Shown: positions 1-8,907, numbered from the stretch's first letter. The stretch: DNA of 34,601 nt from an uncultured Oscillospiraceae bacterium (GCA_964613315.1 CAZTHD010000001.1:1-34601), one strand, 5' to 3'. Numbers and translations: made by a program. Notes: a model not told the origin generated them from the letters alone.

Positions 1-17
1 AAGAAGCACACCGCAGA

Positions 18-1196
18 ATGCAAAACATCGGAAGGATCGTCAAAGACGCAGGAGAGCTTCATAATCACGGAGATAATCCTGTAAGCAAAGCTTTCAGAAC
101 CGTAAAGACTACTGCTGGGAAGGCTATTGCCGCTCTTAAGGATCAGATTACTGCTATCGGGGCAGGCAGTTCTGTTGCAGTTACTGTGGTCATGATTATT
201 CTTCTCATTTGCCTTATAGCCGGTTCTTCTTTCGGTATATTCTTTTCGGGAGAGGATTCCGGAAGCGGTATGACAATGAGATCAGTCGTTAAGGAGATCA
301 ACGATGAGTATCAGAATAAGATCGAAAGGATAAAGGCGCAGAATCCTCATGATGATCTGGAGCTTTCAGGATCCCGTGCTGTATGGCCGCAGGTTCTGTC
401 GGTCTATGCGGTTAAGACGACTACCGATCCCGACAACCCTGCGGAAGTGGCGACCATGGATGAGGATAAGAAGCAGCTGCTTTCTGATATCTTCTGGGCC
501 ATGAATGATATCTCTTATAGCACTAAAACCGTGACAGAGACCGTTATCGTTGAAAGTGATGACGGGCACGGGAACATCCTGGAAGAGGAAGTTGAAAAAA
601 CGCATACCGTCCTTTATATCAACGTCAGTCATAAAAGTTCAAAAGAAATGGCATCCCTGTATAAGTTTGATGACGATCAGAACGAGCAACTGGGTGAACT
701 TCTGTCTGCTGATTCTTCTATGTGGTTTTCAGTTCTGTACGGAGTCTACGGGTCAGACGATATGATTGTTAAGGTGGCTCGTTCACAGCTCGGCAACATC
801 GGCGGTGAGCCATACTGGTCATGGTACGGCTTCAGTTCGCGTGTTGAGTGGTGTGCCTGTTTTGTTTCCTGGTGTGCAGACCAGTGCGGATATATTGAAG
901 ACGGAATCATCCCTAAGTATGCGGGATGTGTCAGCGGAATGAACTGGTTCAAAGCAAGAGGAAGATGGATTGACAACTCAATTGAGCCTTCTCCCGGAAT
1001 GATCATTTTCTTTGATTGGGATAACAAGGGTGGATCCGGGAATCAGAACGGGATCCCAAATCACACCGGCATAGTAGAAAAGGTCGTAAACAGCCTGGTT
1101 TATACCATTGAAGGAAACAGTGATGACAGCTGTGCCGAGAGGTGTTATCCGATCGGATATTACGAAATCCTTGGTTATGGAATCCCTGCATACTGA
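18..1196 (+). CDS. Membrane-anchored cell-wall hydrolase with C-terminal CHAP domain (conjugative-element type)
   Basis: 392-aa ORF with hydrophobic segment AVTVVMIILLICLIAGSSFGIFF near the N-terminus. C-terminal EWCACFVSWCADQCGY ... NHTGIVEKV ... YTIEGNS fits the CHAP Cys...His arrangement. Confidence 0.8.
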   Translation: MQNIGRIVKDAGELHNHGDNPVSKAFRTVKTTAGKAIAALKDQITAIGAGSSVAVTVVMIILLICLIAGSSFGIFFSGEDSGSGMTMRSVVKEINDEYQNKIERIKAQNPHDDLELSGSRAVWPQVLSVYAVKTTTDPDNPAEVATMDEDKKQLLSDIFWAMNDISYSTKTVTETVIVESDDGHGNILEEEVEKTHTVLYINVSHKSSKEMASLYKFDDDQNEQLGELLSADSSMWFSVLYGVYGSDDMIVKVARSQLGNIGGEPYWSWYGFSSRVEWCACFVSWCADQCGYIEDGIIPKYAGCVSGMNWFKARGRWIDNSIEPSPGMIIFFDWDNKGGSGNQNGIPNHTGIVEKVVNSLVYTIEGNSDDSCAERCYPIGYYEILGYGIPAY

Positions 1197-1204
1197 TAAT
1201 AGCA

Positions 1205-1239
1205 TCCCTGATATCATCTCTAAACGATGATATCAGGGA
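1205..1239 (+). terminator. Terminator-like hairpin after the hydrolase gene
   Basis: Perfect 14-bp stem tccctgatatcatc / gatgatatcaggga with 7-nt loop, 9 nt after the stop codon. The downstream T-run is weak (ttatatacattt). Confidence 0.5.
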
Positions 1240-1249
1240 TTATATACAT

Positions 1250-1278
1250 TTGTACTTGAAAGGATTAATGTATACAAT
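1250..1278 (+). promoter_or_regulatory. Candidate sigma-A promoter of the methyltransferase operon
   Basis: TTGTAC (1250-1255), 17-nt spacer, TACAAT (1273-1278), upstream of the 1356 ORF. Confidence 0.4.
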
Positions 1279-1301
1279 CGGATGTAAGCAAGCATTGATT
1301 C

Positions 1302-1344
1302 TAGTCTATAATTATGCTATTATAAGACTATATTTAGTCTATAA
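1302..1344. promoter_or_regulatory. Operator-like repeat set upstream of the AbrB-like ORF
   Basis: TAGTCTATAA at 1302-1311 and 1335-1344, plus inverted near-copy TTATAAGACTA at 1320-1330. The last copy abuts the AAGGAGG ribosome-binding site. Confidence 0.35.
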
Positions 1345-1355
1345 GGAGGATAAAT

Positions 1356-1538
1356 ATGGGCTCTGAATCCATTTACCTGGATACATATGTATTGCAGCAA
1401 GATATGAGAATTAGACTTCCAAAATCTATTTTAACGAATATGAATGTCGAAAAGGGTATTACTAAGTTCGATATTTATTATGACACTAAGAATAAGACAT
1501 TGATTCTTAAACTTAGCTGTAAACCGGAGGGCGTGTAA
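1356..1538 (+). CDS. Small AbrB/SpoVT-like DNA-binding protein (possible controller of the R-M operon)
   Basis: 60 aa. MRIRLPKSILTNMNVEKGITKFDIYYDTKNKTLILK fits the swapped-hairpin pattern. Strong RBS AAGGAGG; the stop is 3 nt before the first methyltransferase. Confidence 0.5.
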   Translation: MGSESIYLDTYVLQQDMRIRLPKSILTNMNVEKGITKFDIYYDTKNKTLILKLSCKPEGV

Positions 1539-1541
1539 TAG

Positions 1542-2582
1542 ATGAGATTTATCGGAAACAAAACTCAATTACTAGATAATATTAAAGCGGTTGTTGATAA
1601 ACATGCGGCAAACTCCTCTTCATTTTGCGATATTTTTTCTGGTACAGCGTCGGTAGCGAGATTTTTTAAAGAATGGTATGAAGTTTACTCAAATGATATT
1701 CTTTATTTCTCATATTGCCTTCAGCGGGGTACAATTGAAATCCCCAGTAAACCATCATTTGACATATTAAGAGAGTATACAGGTATTTCAGATCCTATTC
1801 GATTTTTTAATTCCCTGATAACGGAAGATATGGAATCACTCGAAAAAGAGAAACGGCTTTTTCAAAACAACTATTCGCCAATCGGAGGGCGGATGTATCT
1901 TACAGATGCAAATGCATTAAGAATTGATTATGCGAGAAATAAAATAGAAACATGGCATAACGAAGGATTGCTTTCTGAAGACGAATATTACTATTTAATC
2001 GCTTCTGTAATAGAAGGAATCCCTTTCGTATCAAATATTTCTGGGACATATGGGGCATTTAATAAGACGTGGGATCGTCGTTCTTACAAGCGATTTGAAT
2101 TAATAGACCTTCCAGTTGTATTCAACGGACGAAATAACAAGTCCTACAACACAGATGGCGCTTCACTCTTGCAGACGATAAATGGGGATATTTTATATAT
2201 TGATCCCCCTTACAATGAACGTCAATATCTTCCTAACTATCATGTACTAGAAACTGCAGCAAAATATGATTTTCCAGAATTACACGGTGTTACAGGTCAA
2301 CGACCCTATGAAATGCAACGTTCAGATTTTTGTTCTAGGAGGACTGTAGTAAAGGCTTTTGATGAATTGATAAAAAAAGCTCAGTTTCGTCATATTATTC
2401 TGAGCTACAACACAGATGGAATCATGACGTTAGATGAAATTGAAACGACTATGAAAAAATATGGAATAACATCTTCTTTCGAGGTGAACTATATACCCTA
2501 CAGAAGGTTTAAAAGCAGAAGTGATGCTTCAAAAACAGATGATTTAAAAGAAATGTTAATCTATATTAAGAAAGATGTGTAA
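1542..2582 (+). CDS. N6-adenine DNA methyltransferase, D12 (Dam-like) class
   Basis: N-terminal RFIGNKTQLL, SAM motif FCDIFSGTASV, catalytic ILYIDPPYNERQY. Motif I precedes DPPY, the alpha-class order. Confidence 0.85.
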   Translation: MRFIGNKTQLLDNIKAVVDKHAANSSSFCDIFSGTASVARFFKEWYEVYSNDILYFSYCLQRGTIEIPSKPSFDILREYTGISDPIRFFNSLITEDMESLEKEKRLFQNNYSPIGGRMYLTDANALRIDYARNKIETWHNEGLLSEDEYYYLIASVIEGIPFVSNISGTYGAFNKTWDRRSYKRFELIDLPVVFNGRNNKSYNTDGASLLQTINGDILYIDPPYNERQYLPNYHVLETAAKYDFPELHGVTGQRPYEMQRSDFCSRRTVVKAFDELIKKAQFRHIILSYNTDGIMTLDEIETTMKKYGITSSFEVNYIPYRRFKSRSDASKTDDLKEMLIYIKKDV

Positions 2583-2584
2583 GT

Positions 2585-3466
2585 ATGGCAGAGTATATAA
2601 AAAGCCCAATGAATTACACAGGCGGGAAATATAAGATTCTTCAACATATCATTCCGTCTTTTCCGGATAAAATGCACAGCTTTGTTGATTTGTTTGCAGG
2701 GGGCTTCAATGTTGGAATAAATGTTGATGCTGAAATAATATACGCAAATGATCAGATTTCTTATTTAATAGAACTATATAAGCTATTTCAAGATACTGAT
2801 ACAGCAAGCCTATTATCATCTATCAAAGAGATAATAAAGAGATATAATCTGTCTCAAAGCAACCTTGCTGGATATAATGAATTAAGATCGGATTATAACA
2901 GGACACATTATTTGTTGGATTTGTTTGTATTAACATGCTATTCCTTTAATCATCAAATACGATTTAATAGTCATCACGAATTCAATACACCATTTGGGAG
3001 AGATAGAAGTTCATATAATGATACTATAGAAAAGAATCTCATTTCATTCTGTGATGCACTTCATAGAAAGCACATAGTTTTCTCAACCGGAGACTTTAGG
3101 TCTTTTGATTTTAGTTTGTTACAACCTGGAGATTTAGTATATTGTGATCCGCCATATTTAATTACTACTGGCTCATATAATGATGGTAAACGCGGGTTTA
3201 AAGATTGGACAATTGAAGAAGATACGGCTTTATTAGAACTTTTGGATTTACTTAATAGCCGTGGCATATGGTTTGCACTTTCAAATGTGTTTACACATAA
3301 AGGCATGACGAATGAAGCGCTAGTTGAATGGAGTAAGCAGTATACTGTGAACTACATTGATAAAACTTATTCGAACTGTAGTTATCATTTCAAAGATAGG
3401 GACACCAAGACCGTGGAGGTTCTTATTACAAATTATGACGGGGGGATAAAAAGTGGGAGCGAATAA
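2585..3466 (+). CDS. N6-adenine DNA methyltransferase, D12 (Dam-like) class, second copy
   Basis: NYTGGKYKIL (Dam KWAGGK-type motif), FVDLFAGGFNVG, LVYCDPPYLITTGSYNDG. Starts 2 nt after the previous stop. Confidence 0.85.
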   Translation: MAEYIKSPMNYTGGKYKILQHIIPSFPDKMHSFVDLFAGGFNVGINVDAEIIYANDQISYLIELYKLFQDTDTASLLSSIKEIIKRYNLSQSNLAGYNELRSDYNRTHYLLDLFVLTCYSFNHQIRFNSHHEFNTPFGRDRSSYNDTIEKNLISFCDALHRKHIVFSTGDFRSFDFSLLQPGDLVYCDPPYLITTGSYNDGKRGFKDWTIEEDTALLELLDLLNSRGIWFALSNVFTHKGMTNEALVEWSKQYTVNYIDKTYSNCSYHFKDRDTKTVEVLITNYDGGIKSGSE

Positions 3467-4469
3467 TACCTCTGCTAATGTGAATAAGGAATTATATGAA
3501 AAATCGGAGCCTTTTTTACAAGCGCATCCGGATTACGATATATCTATGTTGCCTAAATGGGTGTCTGACAACATAGAGGTGGCTCGTGTCTATGGATATA
3601 GAAAAAAGGGGATCATTCTTCCAGACGGACGGAAATATCACCTAGATAATCATTTGAATGATTTGTCTGGTAGAGAATGGACGTTCTTCATCAACTCTGT
3701 ATTTTCTACCCATTATCCAACGAGCGGGAAAGAAGCGTATGCTCATCATATTAGAAAAGTGCACCCTACACCAAAGCCACCGCAATTAATGAGAGATATA
3801 ATATATTTTTTTACGAAAGAAGGTGAATTAGTTTTTGATTCCTTTATGGGAGTTGGAGGATCTTTGTTGGGTGCAGCGCTGGCTAATCGTATTGCAGCTG
3901 GAATCGAGATAAACCAGTTATATATAGATGCATATAAAGACGCTGCAACAGAACTAGGCTTACCTGTTTTTAATACAGTGTGTGGCGACTCATTAACTAT
4001 CTTGCAAAATGATGGCATTATGAGCGATTTACTCGCCGATCAAGAGATCAGTTTATTATTAATTGATCCACCATATTCGAATATGATGAGCAAGGAAAAG
4101 ACAGGGGCTGACATATCGGTGTATGGAAAAATAGCTACACCTTTTTCATCTTCCGATCTTGATCTTGGAAATATGGATAGGAATCAGTTCCTTGGGAAAC
4201 TTAAAGAATCGGTAGAACTCACACTTCCGTATATAAAGAAACGCGGATATATCATAGTGTTTATAAAGGATCTTCAGCCAAATAAAAAGGATACCAACTT
4301 GCTCCATGCCGAGGTCGTTGATATCCTAAATCAGATTCCAAATATTTATTATAAGGGAATGAAGATATGGGCTGATGAATCCACTAAACTATATCCCTAC
4401 GGATATCCGTTTAGCTTTGTTGCAAATCAGATTCACCAGTATATATTAGTATTCAGGAAGGAGAAGTGA
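3453..4469 (+). CDS. N4/N6 DNA methyltransferase (DPPY type), third methyltransferase
   Basis: HPTPKPPQLMRDII..LVFDSFMGVGGS..GIEIN, then LLLIDPPYSNMM. Putative GTG start overlaps the previous gene by 14 nt and is preceded by GGGGGGA. Confidence 0.75.
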   Translation: MGANNTSANVNKELYEKSEPFLQAHPDYDISMLPKWVSDNIEVARVYGYRKKGIILPDGRKYHLDNHLNDLSGREWTFFINSVFSTHYPTSGKEAYAHHIRKVHPTPKPPQLMRDIIYFFTKEGELVFDSFMGVGGSLLGAALANRIAAGIEINQLYIDAYKDAATELGLPVFNTVCGDSLTILQNDGIMSDLLADQEISLLLIDPPYSNMMSKEKTGADISVYGKIATPFSSSDLDLGNMDRNQFLGKLKESVELTLPYIKKRGYIIVFIKDLQPNKKDTNLLHAEVVDILNQIPNIYYKGMKIWADESTKLYPYGYPFSFVANQIHQYILVFRKEK

Positions 4470-4503
4470 TCCGGTACCGCTCCTTCCTGAAGGTAAGCAT
4501 TTA

Positions 4504-5895
4504 CTAGATTCTTACTCCTGTTCCCTCAAAGCATCGCTTAATACAAAGAGGAGCATTATGATTTATAATTATTTGTCCGTCACTTGCTAAGTAGAACAAA
4601 ACTCTCTCGTCTGGGACAGAGGTACAAGCCCCACCGAATATACTCACACAACGCAGAATGGTCGCCTTGGGATATTCTGGGTAGATGTACTCTTGCTCTA
4701 TACTATCGTAGTTCTCGATTTCCCGAAGCCCTTGGTCTAGAGTTGTTAGCATCTTTCCTTCTACAAGAATTACATAATTTGTTTTCTCATCATAGAGAAC
4801 AACATCTGGAAGATAGAGATTAACTCCATTACGGTCCTTCTTTGGTAAAGTAATAAGCTGCCCGGATTTCGTTCTAAAGTAACCTCTCTCGCAACCTGCA
4901 TGATTTTCATATACGCAGTACATACCGTGATACATGGTTTGAATATGTAATAATATATCTGCCATTTTTTCAGATCTTTTCTCATAATGCCAATATAAAT
5001 CTGGTAAAGTAACGTTTTTTGGCATATTAATATCGGATAAACGCATACCTAATATACTACAGATGTAAAGGAACTTGTTTTTTCCATGTGTATGATCAAC
5101 ATACTCTTGCGTGACGCCGTGTAAGGTTATAACAATATCTTTATCCCAACCAAGTTTGCGAATACACGCAGAAATCATTGATAAAGCGCCAATATTTGGG
5201 TCATGGCCTATATTCCCTGCGTCTGCTGGTTTTGCTAGGCGACCAGATACTTCGATTCTGTCCTGGTATTTTTTTATAGTAATAGGAACATTGCCAGCTG
5301 GAGGCTGCCGCATTCCTGCTTTAAAAGCAATCAGATCGTCTAGCGAAGTAAAAGGTTTAAACCAACGACTTACATCTTTTCCAACAATTGTGACGCCAAG
5401 GGTAAGGAGTATATTTGTTCCAAATACGCTGGTGTCAGAAGGCTTTTTCTCTTCGCGCGCTTCAAGTTCTTCGTTGTATAACATATATAGTTTGACGTTT
5501 CGATAATAAGGAGTGATATAGACAAATTTTGACCCTCTTTGATAAACTCCCGTGTTTCGAGATTCGTCATCACTGGTCTTTGTTTCCTCGATAGCCATTA
5601 TAAGATTATCGGAAGGGTTCCCTTCTATCGGAGCTTCCGCTTGTTTAAAAAGTAAAAAATCTAGGAAACTTGAATTCCCGCTGACTGTTTTAATAAAAAT
5701 ATCAGCCGCATTCGCAACGCGTAATCCCTCCACTTGATACACAAACCTAAAAATACCATCTTTGATTATTGGCTTGATCTTTACTTCTTCTCGAAAGGTT
5801 ATTTTATCGTTAAAATCAGAGCAATACATGTCGACTATTTGACAAATAACCGAAGGTTTGGGCCTTTCTTCAGTTAGTAACCATAAGTTATCCAA
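4504..5895 (-). CDS. Putative restriction endonuclease (PD-(D/E)xK candidate) convergent with the three methyltransferases
   Basis: Long ORF (track 4504-5925). Candidate motif LPDVVLYDEKTNYVILVEGK near the C-terminus. I prefer TTG at 5895 because AGGAGG lies 6 nt upstream on the minus strand. No family recognised. Confidence 0.5.
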   Translation of the reverse strand: MDNLWLLTEERPKPSVICQIVDMYCSDFNDKITFREEVKIKPIIKDGIFRFVYQVEGLRVANAADIFIKTVSGNSSFLDFLLFKQAEAPIEGNPSDNLIMAIEETKTSDDESRNTGVYQRGSKFVYITPYYRNVKLYMLYNEELEAREEKKPSDTSVFGTNILLTLGVTIVGKDVSRWFKPFTSLDDLIAFKAGMRQPPAGNVPITIKKYQDRIEVSGRLAKPADAGNIGHDPNIGALSMISACIRKLGWDKDIVITLHGVTQEYVDHTHGKNKFLYICSILGMRLSDINMPKNVTLPDLYWHYEKRSEKMADILLHIQTMYHGMYCVYENHAGCERGYFRTKSGQLITLPKKDRNGVNLYLPDVVLYDEKTNYVILVEGKMLTTLDQGLREIENYDSIEQEYIYPEYPKATILRCVSIFGGACTSVPDERVLFYLASDGQIIINHNAPLCIKRCFEGTGVRI

Positions 5896-5937
5896 AATAC
5901 ACCTCCTATGTTTATGCTGGTACAATTCTACAAGGAG

Positions 5938-5969
5938 TGATATAATATATACACCGCATATATGCGGTG
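5938..5969 (+). promoter_or_regulatory. Extended -10 promoter plus perfect 18-bp palindrome in the divergent nuclease/HTH intergenic region
   Basis: TGaTATAAT at 5938-5946, followed by CACCGCATATATGCGGTG (5952-5969, self-complementary), then RBS AGAGGGGA and ATG at 5990. Confidence 0.5.
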
Positions 5970-5989
5970 ATTAACAAGAGGGGATCTGA

Positions 5990-6718
5990 ATGTCTTTATT
6001 TCACCGAATCAAAACATATAGAAAAGCATTGGTAATATCGCAAGAAGAATTAGCAAGAAAAGCAGGAATAAATGAAAAGTATTATGGTCGAATAGAGAGA
6101 GGAGAGAGCTCACCAACTATTGACTGTTATCAAAAAATATGTTCCGCACTTGAAATATCGCCAGCCGAGCCTTTTCTTGTTGCGTTGACCTTCGGAAACA
6201 GTGAATCGCAGACTGCATATAGAATTACAGGACAGTTTATTAAAAATCTAGAAAAGGATATTGACATACACATCAATAGAGATCTTTTCTTTGATGATTG
6301 CGAGAATACATTATGGTTTCACGGGTTTGTCGGATCGATGAGCTTTGATGAATTTGAGCTATTATTTTATGCAGAAGGAAATATCAGAGGGGAATTGTAT
6401 CTTGATAATCAATTGATTCTTCAAATAAACGGAGAGGATGTTTCCTCAGAATTACGAAAGTATATATCAAACGATATCCAATTACATTATCTTCTTGAAT
6501 ATATGAGCTATGATCCTGATGTGCTGCAAAATAAGAATGGTAACGCGTTATTTCTTAGTGAATCAAATTGGTTATCTGTGAGTATAATTGATAGAAGAAC
6601 AAATAGTACGCTTTTTCAGGATATCGTTTTAGAAGTAGATAATGTTGTAGATGCTTTCTCTAATTCTTCACTTTTTTTCGATTTAATATTTAATTCAAAC
6701 GGGCTAAGTAATGAATAG
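5990..6718 (+). CDS. XRE-family HTH protein with ~170-aa C-terminal domain of unknown function
   Basis: N-terminus IKTYRKALVISQEELARKAGINEKYYGRIERGESSPTIDCYQKICSALEISPAEPF is a typical XRE HTH. No recognisable motif in the remainder. Confidence 0.75.
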   Translation: MSLFHRIKTYRKALVISQEELARKAGINEKYYGRIERGESSPTIDCYQKICSALEISPAEPFLVALTFGNSESQTAYRITGQFIKNLEKDIDIHINRDLFFDDCENTLWFHGFVGSMSFDEFELLFYAEGNIRGELYLDNQLILQINGEDVSSELRKYISNDIQLHYLLEYMSYDPDVLQNKNGNALFLSESNWLSVSIIDRRTNSTLFQDIVLEVDNVVDAFSNSSLFFDLIFNSNGLSNE

Positions 6719-6779
6719 AAATGCATTTTGGGCTCGAAATAAATGGTAAAGTGAATTGTCATATATTTGGTGAACACAG

Positions 6780-7352
6780 ATGATTGGTTTTAAGACAGAA
6801 CACATTGGATTAAGAGTTATAGTTGGGAAAGTCTTTGCTGATTTAAAAATAGCAAAAAATACATGTATTTATGAGCTTAAAACGGACGCAGGTCTCATGG
6901 ATTATGCCTTTACAACTTTTGAAAACACTGGGAATATGCAGGAATTGAAGTGTAGTGATTTTGAGTTGTATTTGCACTTACTTGCATGGGCTATGTTCGA
7001 ACAAGGGGTACTTACGGCTTATCTAACTTTAAAATACGGCAGGCCTCTGCTCGATGTTTTAAAGGAGGATATTCAAAGAGAAATGGAAACCTATTATAGC
7101 AAGGAGTATATTCATAGAACCTTAGAGCTTCTAAATTCTTCAACTAACAAAGTCGCCGAAGCAAAACTAGTCGAGTTTATAAAGGAATATATAAAACGAG
7201 TAGAAGGTGATGATTTCATAGAACTATATAATCATGATCATCTAGAATGGTTCGCAACGATGGCTTTTTATGCAGGAAACAGCGTTTACATACAATTACA
7301 AGGAGATAATGAGAGATTCTTCCCTGTCAACTGGTGCTTTGCTTGTTTCTAG
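6780..7352 (+). CDS. Hypothetical protein
   Basis: 190-aa ORF co-directional with the HTH gene, 61 nt downstream. No motif recognised and the RBS is weak. Confidence 0.45.
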   Translation: MIGFKTEHIGLRVIVGKVFADLKIAKNTCIYELKTDAGLMDYAFTTFENTGNMQELKCSDFELYLHLLAWAMFEQGVLTAYLTLKYGRPLLDVLKEDIQREMETYYSKEYIHRTLELLNSSTNKVAEAKLVEFIKEYIKRVEGDDFIELYNHDHLEWFATMAFYAGNSVYIQLQGDNERFFPVNWCFACF

Positions 7353-7393
7353 TGGTTATTTCAGTAATCAATCAAATAGGAGTCTAGAACGAG

Positions 7394-8086
7394 ATGGAAG
7401 AGAAAAAAGGATACGTATATATATTGACAAACCCCAGCTTTAGGGAAGACTGGGTTAAAATAGGTAAGTCTTCACGTCCGGTTGATATTAGATCTAAGGA
7501 ATTATACAACACAGCGATCCCACTTCCTTATGAGATTTACGCAACAGTAAAGACGTCAAAGTATAACGAACTTGAAAAGAATATTCATAAAATGCTAACA
7601 GAATTAGCTGACAAGAGGATAAACCCGAGTCGTGAGTTTTTTAACATTAAACCGGATAAGGCTCTTGAGTATTTAACTGATTTGGCTAACCTTATAGATG
7701 ATGCAGAAATTGATGCGCCTGATGATTCAGTGAATTTCAAAAAGAGTCGAAAGAATAAAGGAAAATACATTGTCGAGACAGATGAATTGTTCTATTTGGA
7801 TAATGGTATTTGTAAAGGGCAAATGAAGGTCGTTGATTCAAATAAATTTGTATTATTGGAAGGATCAGTAATTGATCCAAAGATTTATTCAAATGAATCT
7901 CAGATAAAAAATCTTAGAAAAAAATATTCGGGGTATATTAAAAACGACGTTGTTATTAAAGATATTGAATTTAGTTCTCCATCTACAGCAGGCGAGATTA
8001 TTCGTGGTGGAGCTGTAAATGGGAAACGTTACTGGCGTACTAAAGATAACAAACCGTTAATTGATTTTATTAAATACATAGAATAA
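7394..8086 (+). CDS. T5orf172 (GIY-YIG-like) domain protein with C-terminal DUF4357-like domain
   Basis: GYVYILTNPSFREDWVKIGKSSRPVDIRSKELY..LEKNIHKML matches the T5orf172/MUG113 pattern. C-terminal FSSPSTAGEIIRGGAVNGKRYWRTKDNKPL matches the DUF4357 pattern. Confidence 0.7.
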   Translation: MEEKKGYVYILTNPSFREDWVKIGKSSRPVDIRSKELYNTAIPLPYEIYATVKTSKYNELEKNIHKMLTELADKRINPSREFFNIKPDKALEYLTDLANLIDDAEIDAPDDSVNFKKSRKNKGKYIVETDELFYLDNGICKGQMKVVDSNKFVLLEGSVIDPKIYSNESQIKNLRKKYSGYIKNDVVIKDIEFSSPSTAGEIIRGGAVNGKRYWRTKDNKPLIDFIKYIE

Positions 8087-8193
8087 AGGAAGCCAGTTTT
8101 ACAACTTTCTATTGTTATAGCCCACAACGAACTAGATTTAGATTTTCTATTTAGCTTCTGCTATCCTTATAATCGGAAAGGAGGATAGCACTC

Positions 8194-8394
8194 ATGGAAT
8201 ATAAGCTTTTAGAACGGCTTATGCCGGGAACAGAGAATCCGGAGTTTGTGCAGGCAAAGATCGATACCTTTCTTGCAGCAGATCCAGGGATCGATGAAAA
8301 TGCTTTCAATGAAATTCTCGGATACATTGAACTTTCAGGATTTCAGAAAGGTATGAAAATAGGATTTGAGCTGATAAAAGAGATTAATAGTTAA
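8194..8394 (+). CDS. Small hypothetical protein
   Basis: 66-aa ORF with RBS GGAAAGGAGG, followed by a strong terminator. Confidence 0.5.
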   Translation: MEYKLLERLMPGTENPEFVQAKIDTFLAADPGIDENAFNEILGYIELSGFQKGMKIGFELIKEINS

Positions 8395-8411
8395 TATGCG
8401 ATGAATCCTAT

Positions 8412-8444
8412 GAGGTGTCGGTCAAGACCGACACCTCTTTTGTT
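8412..8444 (+). terminator. Rho-independent terminator
   Basis: gaggtgtcggtc / gaccgacacctc perfect 12-bp inverted repeat, followed by ttttgtt. Confidence 0.8.
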
Positions 8445-8525
8445 GCAATCCTTTAGGCAGCAGGGGATAGACCCACCCAATTCACCCTGGTAAAAAATAC
8501 ATGTCGACATTTTTGGATTTTAGTA

Positions 8526-8553
8526 TTGAAAACATTTGTTCGAGGTGTATAAT
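8526..8553 (+). promoter_or_regulatory. Near-consensus sigma-A promoter driving a ~145-nt leader
   Basis: TTGAAA (8526-8531), 16-nt spacer, TATAAT (8548-8553). The first downstream start codon with an RBS is at 8704. Confidence 0.55.
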
Positions 8554-8703
8554 GATGGCGTGATTGGGGAAGATACGCAGGTGCCCGGTGATTCTTTGGG
8601 GATATAGTCCCTGCGGATCTGACTTCTGCGACGGGAAAAGGGATGCCGCCGGGAAGGACTTCTTGGTCATGATAAAAGGGAAAACAATTGGGAGACACGA
8701 AAA

Positions 8704-8892
8704 ATGAGAAGAGAAAATGTGAGGTGCCCGGTATGCGGCACGGTGAACAGATCGCTGGATCTGGATGAGACTATGGGCTCTATGGAATGCATAAAGTGCG
8801 GGAACGCCTTTCAGCTTGTAAGGTATTCCGGTCAGTGGCATATCCCGAAGAGCCTTTCTGAAGGAAGTATTACGCTCTTTCCCGCTGTCTGA
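8704..8892 (+). CDS. Small zinc-ribbon protein
   Basis: 62 aa with CPVCG...CIKCG. RBS GGGAGA. Confidence 0.6.
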   Translation: MRRENVRCPVCGTVNRSLDLDETMGSMECIKCGNAFQLVRYSGQWHIPKSLSEGSITLFPAV

Positions 8893-8907
8893 AAGGAGAG
8901 TGAGGCG

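Noticed and set aside
1542-5925. Assigning the R-M system to a specific specificity (e.g. GATC/DpnII-like or GGATG/FokI-like)
   Set aside because: Dam-class motifs alone do not determine the recognition site, and I do not recognise the nuclease. This needs REBASE and methylome data.
8453-8841. 81- and 119-aa minus-strand ORFs across the 8.45-8.84 kb region
   Set aside because: They overlap the near-consensus + strand promoter, its leader and the first Zn-ribbon gene. Their composition is Pro/Arg/His-rich and they lack an RBS, so I treat this region as leader RNA rather than coding.
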